Position numbers and translations under genes: made by a program | Assembly: GCA_963724765.1 (NCBI GenBank) | Contig: CAVRVY010000003.1 | Coordinates: 992,001 to 1,056,000 of the forward strand | DNA from: an uncultured delta proteobacterium | GTDB taxonomy: Bacteria; Desulfobacterota; Binatia; Binatales; Binataceae | DNA: 64,000 bases | Reading direction: 5' to 3' | In this document: positions 59,141-64,000 of the stretch, piece by piece | How the letters are laid out: every line of letters starts with the position of its first letter | Numbering within the stretch: the first letter of the stretch is position 1 | Notes under the pieces: model-generated | The model's database searches: none | Seen by the model: the letters and a program-made list of their open reading frames with translations, nothing else | What the model was told of the DNA's origin: nothing

Positions 59141-60817
59141 TCAACATTGTCCCGAGCGCAGCACCTGCCCCGGCATCGCGCCGCTCGCGCGACCGTGCTC
59201 GTAGAGCACCCGCCCGTTGACGACCGTGTACTCGATCCCCTCGGCGGGCATCACCAGGCGTCGTCCGCCGCCCGGCAGATCGTGCTGCATGCGCGCTCGC
59301 TTGGCCGAACCGACGGTATTGTAGTCGAAGATCGCGATGTCGGCGGCGAGGCCGGGGCGCAGACGGCCGCGCCGTTGGATGCCGAAAAAGTCGGCCGGCT
59401 GCGACGTGATACGCTTGACCGCGTGCTCGAGCGTCAGCGCCTGGCGCTCGCGCACCCACTTGCCGAGCAGGTAGGTGCAGTAACCGGCGTCGCACAGCAT
59501 GTCGACGTGCGCGCCGCCGTCGGACAGCCCGAGCATCGTGCGCGGGTCGCCAATCAGCCGCCCGATTCCCTCCTCGTGGTACTGCGCCATCGTGTACTGG
59601 ATGTTGAGGTCGTCCTCCAGCGCGAGGTCGAGGAACGTATCGAGCGGGTCGCGGCCGCGCTCGGCGGCGATCTCCGCGACGTTTTTGCGCTCAAGCCCTT
59701 TGAGCGCGGGGCTCGCGGCCTCGAGCACTTCGACGCGATGCCATTTGCCGTTGAACAGATGCGGCCGTGTCAGCTCCTTGCGGAAGGAATCGCGAAATGC
59801 CGGGTCGGCGTAAATCCGCTTTTGCGCCTCGGGCGGCTGGTTGAAGACGGGGTTCCACGTCTCCATGTCGGCGAAGCTGAAGGGGTTGCGCAGATCGATC
59901 TGCACCACGAACGGCTTGCACAGCACCTGCGGCACGCCGCCGCGCCTGATCAGCGGCTCCAGGCGCTTGAGCGTCTCTTGCGCGTACTCGGGCCTGTCCG
60001 GCCGCGACGCCATCGCAAGCCAGGTCACCGGGCGCGCGCTCTCCGCGAGCAGAAAGTCGAGTAGTTGATATTCGTCGTCGAGCACCTGGCCCGCGCGGCG
60101 CGTGAGCGCGATTTCGATCGCGCCCTTGCCGAGTTCCTTGAGCACGTTGGAACACGCCTTGAGCTCGTCGCGGCTGGCCAGGCGGCAGGCGAGCGGTTGG
60201 CCGCGAAAGCCGATGTGCTGCGCCAGCGTGGTGGTGGAAAAGCCCATCGCGCCCGCCGCCATCGCCTCGTGCAGCAGCGCCGCGATGCGCTGGGTCTCGT
60301 TGGGCGACGCCGCGCGCTCCATCGATTCCTCGCCCATCACGAAATGGCGAAACGGTGTGAGCGGAGCGAGAAAGCCGACGTTGATTCCGACGCCGCGGCG
60401 CTCGGCCGCGTCCATGAACTCGGGAAAACTCACCCAGTCCCAGGTGATGCCCTTGCTCAGCGCGTCGAACGGAATCGCCTCGACGTTGACCAGATCCCAT
60501 GCCGCGATCTCGTGAACCTCAGGCTTGCACGGCGCGATCCCAACTCCGCAGTTGCCCATCACGACCGAGGTCACGCCGTGCCACGAGGTGCAGGTGAGCA
60601 GCGGGTCCCAGCAAATCTGCGCGTCGTAGTGGGTATGCGGATCGACGAAGCCCGGCGCGACGATTAGTTCACCGGCGTCGATGGTGCGCTGCGCGCCGCC
60701 GCTGACCTTGCCGATTTCCGCGATCGTTCCATCCTTGATCGCGACATCCGCGCGCACTCGCGGAGCGCCGGTGCCGTCGACCACGGTGCCGTTTTTGATT
60801 ACGAGGTCGTATGCCAT
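59141..60817 (-). CDS. Amidohydrolase (N-acyl-D-amino-acid deacylase-like)
   Basis: PGFVDPHTHYD, GNCG, SDGGAH, G..AD. Confidence 0.9.
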   Translation of the reverse strand: MAYDLVIKNGTVVDGTGAPRVRADVAIKDGTIAEIGKVSGGAQRTIDAGELIVAPGFVDPHTHYDAQICWDPLLTCTSWHGVTSVVMGNCGVGIAPCKPEVHEIAAWDLVNVEAIPFDALSKGITWDWVSFPEFMDAAERRGVGINVGFLAPLTPFRHFVMGEESMERAASPNETQRIAALLHEAMAAGAMGFSTTTLAQHIGFRGQPLACRLASRDELKACSNVLKELGKGAIEIALTRRAGQVLDDEYQLLDFLLAESARPVTWLAMASRPDRPEYAQETLKRLEPLIRRGGVPQVLCKPFVVQIDLRNPFSFADMETWNPVFNQPPEAQKRIYADPAFRDSFRKELTRPHLFNGKWHRVEVLEAASPALKGLERKNVAEIAAERGRDPLDTFLDLALEDDLNIQYTMAQYHEEGIGRLIGDPRTMLGLSDGGAHVDMLCDAGYCTYLLGKWVRERQALTLEHAVKRITSQPADFFGIQRRGRLRPGLAADIAIFDYNTVGSAKRARMQHDLPGGGRRLVMPAEGIEYTVVNGRVLYEHGRASGAMPGQVLRSGQC

Positions 60818-61008
60818 TGGGGGAAGTCCCTCCCTCGCGCGAAGTGAAGGCCTCTCTTCTTGTATCCAGCGCGCCCACTTGCGGGCAAGCCGCGGCGCCC
60901 GGAATTAGTGGGTTGGTTTGTCCCTTGGGTGAACGGCCGCTACCGTGGTATTCGATGGAGCGTCGCCCGCACGCGACGTAAATCCAGCACTTGCCAGCGG
61001 AGGCCACG

Positions 61009-61863
61009 ATGTCGACGACCTTTGGCGCGATGATGTTTCCGACCGACTACGCGATCCAGCCGATCGAGCTGGCGCGCGCAGTCGAGGACCGCGGGCTCGA
61101 TTCGCTCTACTTCCCCGAGCATACACATATTCCGACCAGCCGGCGCAGCCCGTGGCCCGGCGGCGGCGATCTTCCCCAGGAATACTGGCATACGCATGAC
61201 CCTTTCGTGGCTCTGGGAGCGGCCGCCGCGGCGACCAAACGCATCAGGCTTGGCACGGGAGTGTGCCTGGTGATCGAACGCGATCCGATCGTGTTGGCCA
61301 AGGAATGCGCCTCGCTCGACTTGATTTCGGGCGGGCGCCTGGTGTTGGGAATCGGCGGCGGATGGAACGCCGAGGAGATGGAGGATCACGGCACGGATTT
61401 CCGCAAGAGATGGGCGCTGCTGCGCGAGCGGATTTTGGCGATGCGCGCCATCTGGACCAAGGATCCGGCCGAGTTCCACGGCGAGTTCGTCAACTTCGCG
61501 CCGATGCTGGCGTTTCCCAAGCCCGTGCAAAAGGGCGGTCCGCCGGTGCTGCTGGGCTCGGAGGCCAAGCGATGCTTCGAGCGGGTGGTCGACTACTGCG
61601 ACGGATGGATGCCGATTTACCGGCGCAACCATACGCTGGCCGACGGAGTGAAACAGTTGCGCGAGGCGGCGAGCCGTGCCGGCCGGCGCTTCGAGTCGCT
61701 GACGCTTTCGATCTTTGGCGTGCCGCCGCGCGAGGACGAGGCGAAGAAGCTTATCGAGATCGGGTTCCATGAACTTATTTTTGCGTTGCCGCCGGCCCCG
61801 GCCGACAAGGTGCTGCCGATGCTCGATAGCTACGCGGCAATCAAAAGCAAGCTCGCCGCATAA
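61009..61863 (+). CDS. LLM-class (F420-dependent type) oxidoreductase
   Basis: PEHTHIP, DPFVAL, SLD..SGGR, GWN.EE, PKPVQ..GPP. Confidence 0.9.
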   Translation: MSTTFGAMMFPTDYAIQPIELARAVEDRGLDSLYFPEHTHIPTSRRSPWPGGGDLPQEYWHTHDPFVALGAAAAATKRIRLGTGVCLVIERDPIVLAKECASLDLISGGRLVLGIGGGWNAEEMEDHGTDFRKRWALLRERILAMRAIWTKDPAEFHGEFVNFAPMLAFPKPVQKGGPPVLLGSEAKRCFERVVDYCDGWMPIYRRNHTLADGVKQLREAASRAGRRFESLTLSIFGVPPREDEAKKLIEIGFHELIFALPPAPADKVLPMLDSYAAIKSKLAA

Positions 61864-61915
61864 TCGTCGATCCCGTTCGGCGCGATCACTCGGCGCGTAA
61901 CGGAGGTTGCTTGCG

Positions 61916-62695
61916 ATGGGACGCCTCGATGGAAAAGTCGCTCTGATCGTGGGCGGAGGCGCCGACGGGCCGCCCAACGCGGGCGAGACGCTTTCGATCG
62001 GCAATGGGCGCGCAACTGCGATCCTGTGCGCTCGTGAGGGCGCCGCGGTGATGGTCGCCGACCGCTCCGTGACGCTGGCCGGCGAGACCGCCGAGGCGAT
62101 TCGCGCCGAGGGCGGCCGCGCCGACTCGGTCGCCGCCGATGTCACGCGTGAGGACGACTGCCGCCACGCCTGCGAGGCCGCGGTGCGCGCCTGCGGCAAG
62201 CTCAACCTGCTGGTCAACAACGTCGGGATCGCAATCGGCGGCCGCCTGCTCGAGACCACTATCGAGCAGTTCGACACGATGTCCAACGTCAACGTGCGCG
62301 GCCAGTTCCTGATGATGAAGTATGCGGTGCCCGAGATGGCCAAGGCCGGAGGCGGCGCGATCGTCAACGTTTCCTCGCTGGCCGCGATTCGCACCGGCTC
62401 GGGCCTGCCCTACGAGACCACCAAGGCGGCGCTGCTCGGGCTCACCCGCTCGGTCGCGGTCACACACGCGCGCGACAAGATCCGCGTCAACACGATCCTG
62501 CCGGGGTTGATCAACTCCTCGATGGTGCGCCGGCTGGTCGGCGACCGCGAAGAGCGCGTCGCGCCGCGCATCCCGATGCGCCGCCAGGGCACGCCGTGGG
62601 AGATCGGCAAGGCGATCGTTTTCCTGCTCTCCGACGACGCGTCGTATATCACCGGCACCGAGCTAATCGTCGACGGCGGCCTGAGCGCTCGCTAA
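61916..62695 (+). CDS. SDR-family oxidoreductase
   Basis: VNNVG, YETTK, YITG..L.VDGG. Confidence 0.9.
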   Translation: MGRLDGKVALIVGGGADGPPNAGETLSIGNGRATAILCAREGAAVMVADRSVTLAGETAEAIRAEGGRADSVAADVTREDDCRHACEAAVRACGKLNLLVNNVGIAIGGRLLETTIEQFDTMSNVNVRGQFLMMKYAVPEMAKAGGGAIVNVSSLAAIRTGSGLPYETTKAALLGLTRSVAVTHARDKIRVNTILPGLINSSMVRRLVGDREERVAPRIPMRRQGTPWEIGKAIVFLLSDDASYITGTELIVDGGLSAR

Positions 62696-62801
62696 GCCGT
62701 CGCTCTCGGTAAAGCGCGTGTTTGAACCCCGCCGCGGGGAGCAATAGATTTGGAATCTGGCGCCGCCAGGCTTTAAAGGGACCGCGGAGGCAGGCCGTCC
62801 G

Positions 62802-63572
62802 ATGAAACTGTTCACTTTTGCGACCAGTCCATACGCGCGCAAGGCCCGAATGGTGCTGGAGTACAAGGGGATCGAGTGCGAGATGGTCGAGCGATGCTAC
62901 TCGCTCGATCGCAAGCCGGACTTGCGCGACGCGAGCGAGCGCGCCGAGGTCCCGGTGCTGGTGCTCGACGACGGCCGCGCTATCGCGGACTCCACCATCA
63001 TTTGTGAGTATCTCGAAGACGCCCATCCGAGGCCGCCGGTGTTTCCCGCCGATCCCTTTGAGCGCGCGCGGATGCGCGCGATAGATGATCTGTGCGACCG
63101 TACTTTCGACGCGACCGTCTTTGGCTATTTCCTCGGCGTCGTGCGGTCGGCGGCGCCCGAGTCCAAGGCGATGCAAGACGCCGGGCGCGCCGAGTTCAAG
63201 GCGCTGCTTGCGCGGCTGGAGAGCGAACTGGGAGGCCGCGATTATTTCTGCGGCGCCGCGCTCTCGCTCGCCGACTTCGCCGCCATCTGCCACCTGCCGG
63301 TCGCCCGTGTGATGCACCTTCCGATGAATGAATTTCCCCGCCTGGCGGCTTGGGAGAAACGGATGCGCGCGATTCCGTTGGTCGCCGCCGACCTCGAGAG
63401 CGCGCGCAAGGCGATGGCCGAGGGCAATATCGCCGACGAGTTCGAGGGCCCCGACGGCCGCGTCCATTGGCGCGACAGTCGGTTGGAATGGCCCATCCGG
63501 CACGGCTTTGTCGATTTCATTGCGCGCGAATTCCATGCAGGTAAGATGATGTTTCCGCCCGACGCGTCGTAA
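62802..63572 (+). CDS. Glutathione S-transferase-family protein
   Basis: SPYARK, VPVL..DDG..I.DS..ICEYLE, SLAD, FPRL..W. Confidence 0.9.
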   Translation: MKLFTFATSPYARKARMVLEYKGIECEMVERCYSLDRKPDLRDASERAEVPVLVLDDGRAIADSTIICEYLEDAHPRPPVFPADPFERARMRAIDDLCDRTFDATVFGYFLGVVRSAAPESKAMQDAGRAEFKALLARLESELGGRDYFCGAALSLADFAAICHLPVARVMHLPMNEFPRLAAWEKRMRAIPLVAADLESARKAMAEGNIADEFEGPDGRVHWRDSRLEWPIRHGFVDFIAREFHAGKMMFPPDAS

Positions 63573-63624
63573 GAACGCGCCGCGCCCGGACGCAAGCTCA
63601 GGCAAGTCCACGAGGAGCGTATCG

Positions 63625-64000
63625 ATGCCCGTCGCCTACATCCCCCGCACGCGCGAGCTTTACAACGCCTACACGCCCTATCGATGGGTCGTGAATGAAG
63701 AGCCGCCGCCGTGGACGCCGCTAAAAAAACCGCTTGCGCAGTGCAAGGTCGCGCTGATGAGCTCGGGCGGCGTGCTCTACCGCGACCAGCCGCGGTTCCA
63801 TCGCGAGGACGCGAGCTACCGGCTCATCCCCAAGAACGCGCGGCGCGACGAACTCAGCGTCTGGCATTTCGGCTATCCCACCAGGGACGCCGAGAAGGAT
63901 CCCAACTGCGTTTTTCCGCTTGAGCGGATGCGCGAGTTCGAAGCCGACGGCCGTATCGGAGAGCTGTGCGATCCGGCGTTCACTTTCATGGGCGGAGTAT
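63625..64000 (+). CDS. Glycine/sarcosine/betaine/proline reductase component B (GrdB/PrdB-like), N-terminal part truncated by the window end
   Basis: Manual translation MPVAYIPRTR...PWTPLKKPLAQCKVALMSSGGV...DASYRLIP...HFGY...KDPNCVFPLERMRE...GRIG...FMG; GAGGAG RBS; absent from the ORF track because there is no stop. Confidence 0.8.
   Translation, partial: MPVAYIPRTRELYNAYTPYRWVVNEEPPPWTPLKKPLAQCKVALMSSGGVLYRDQPRFHREDASYRLIPKNARRDELSVWHFGYPTRDAEKDPNCVFPLERMREFEADGRIGELCDPAFTFMGGV

Overview
High-GC bacterial chromosome segment containing the replication origin region (hemL <- DnaA boxes -> dnaA - oriC unwinding element - dnaN). The split F0 operon (atpZ/I/B/E without atpF) and the many LLM, SDR, CoA-transferase and amidohydrolase genes suggest a deltaproteobacteria-like soil lineage such as Ca. 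Binatota; this is inference only. Housekeeping genes include fumC, mutS2, an Smr protein, AsmA, UvrD, fabI, gloB and pstS. The strongest candidate for an undescribed system is a compact, more AT-rich four-gene cassette at 10556-13674. It encodes a MerR-like HTH with a palindromic operator, a tandem MazG-like protein with degenerate acidic motifs, a dCTP-deaminase-fold protein that lacks the canonical catalytic residues and is fused to a coiled coil and TM helix, and an aGPT-Pplase1/5-hmdU-kinase-helical-domain protein of the kind used in phage thymine hypermodification. I interpret it as a putative nucleotide or modified-base conflict (anti-phage) system. Other notable items: a large Cys-rich thaumatin-like protein, a GLIC-like pentameric ion channel, a cluster (OmpA lipoprotein, duplicated two-Cys lipoprotein, porin, PstS) behind a Pho-box-like repeat, a dispersed two-hairpin repeat, an orphan Flp pilin, and a PrdB/GrdB-like ORF running off the right edge. 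I recognised no tRNA, rRNA, CRISPR array, integrase or transposase. All family assignments come from reading motifs by eye, not from database searches.
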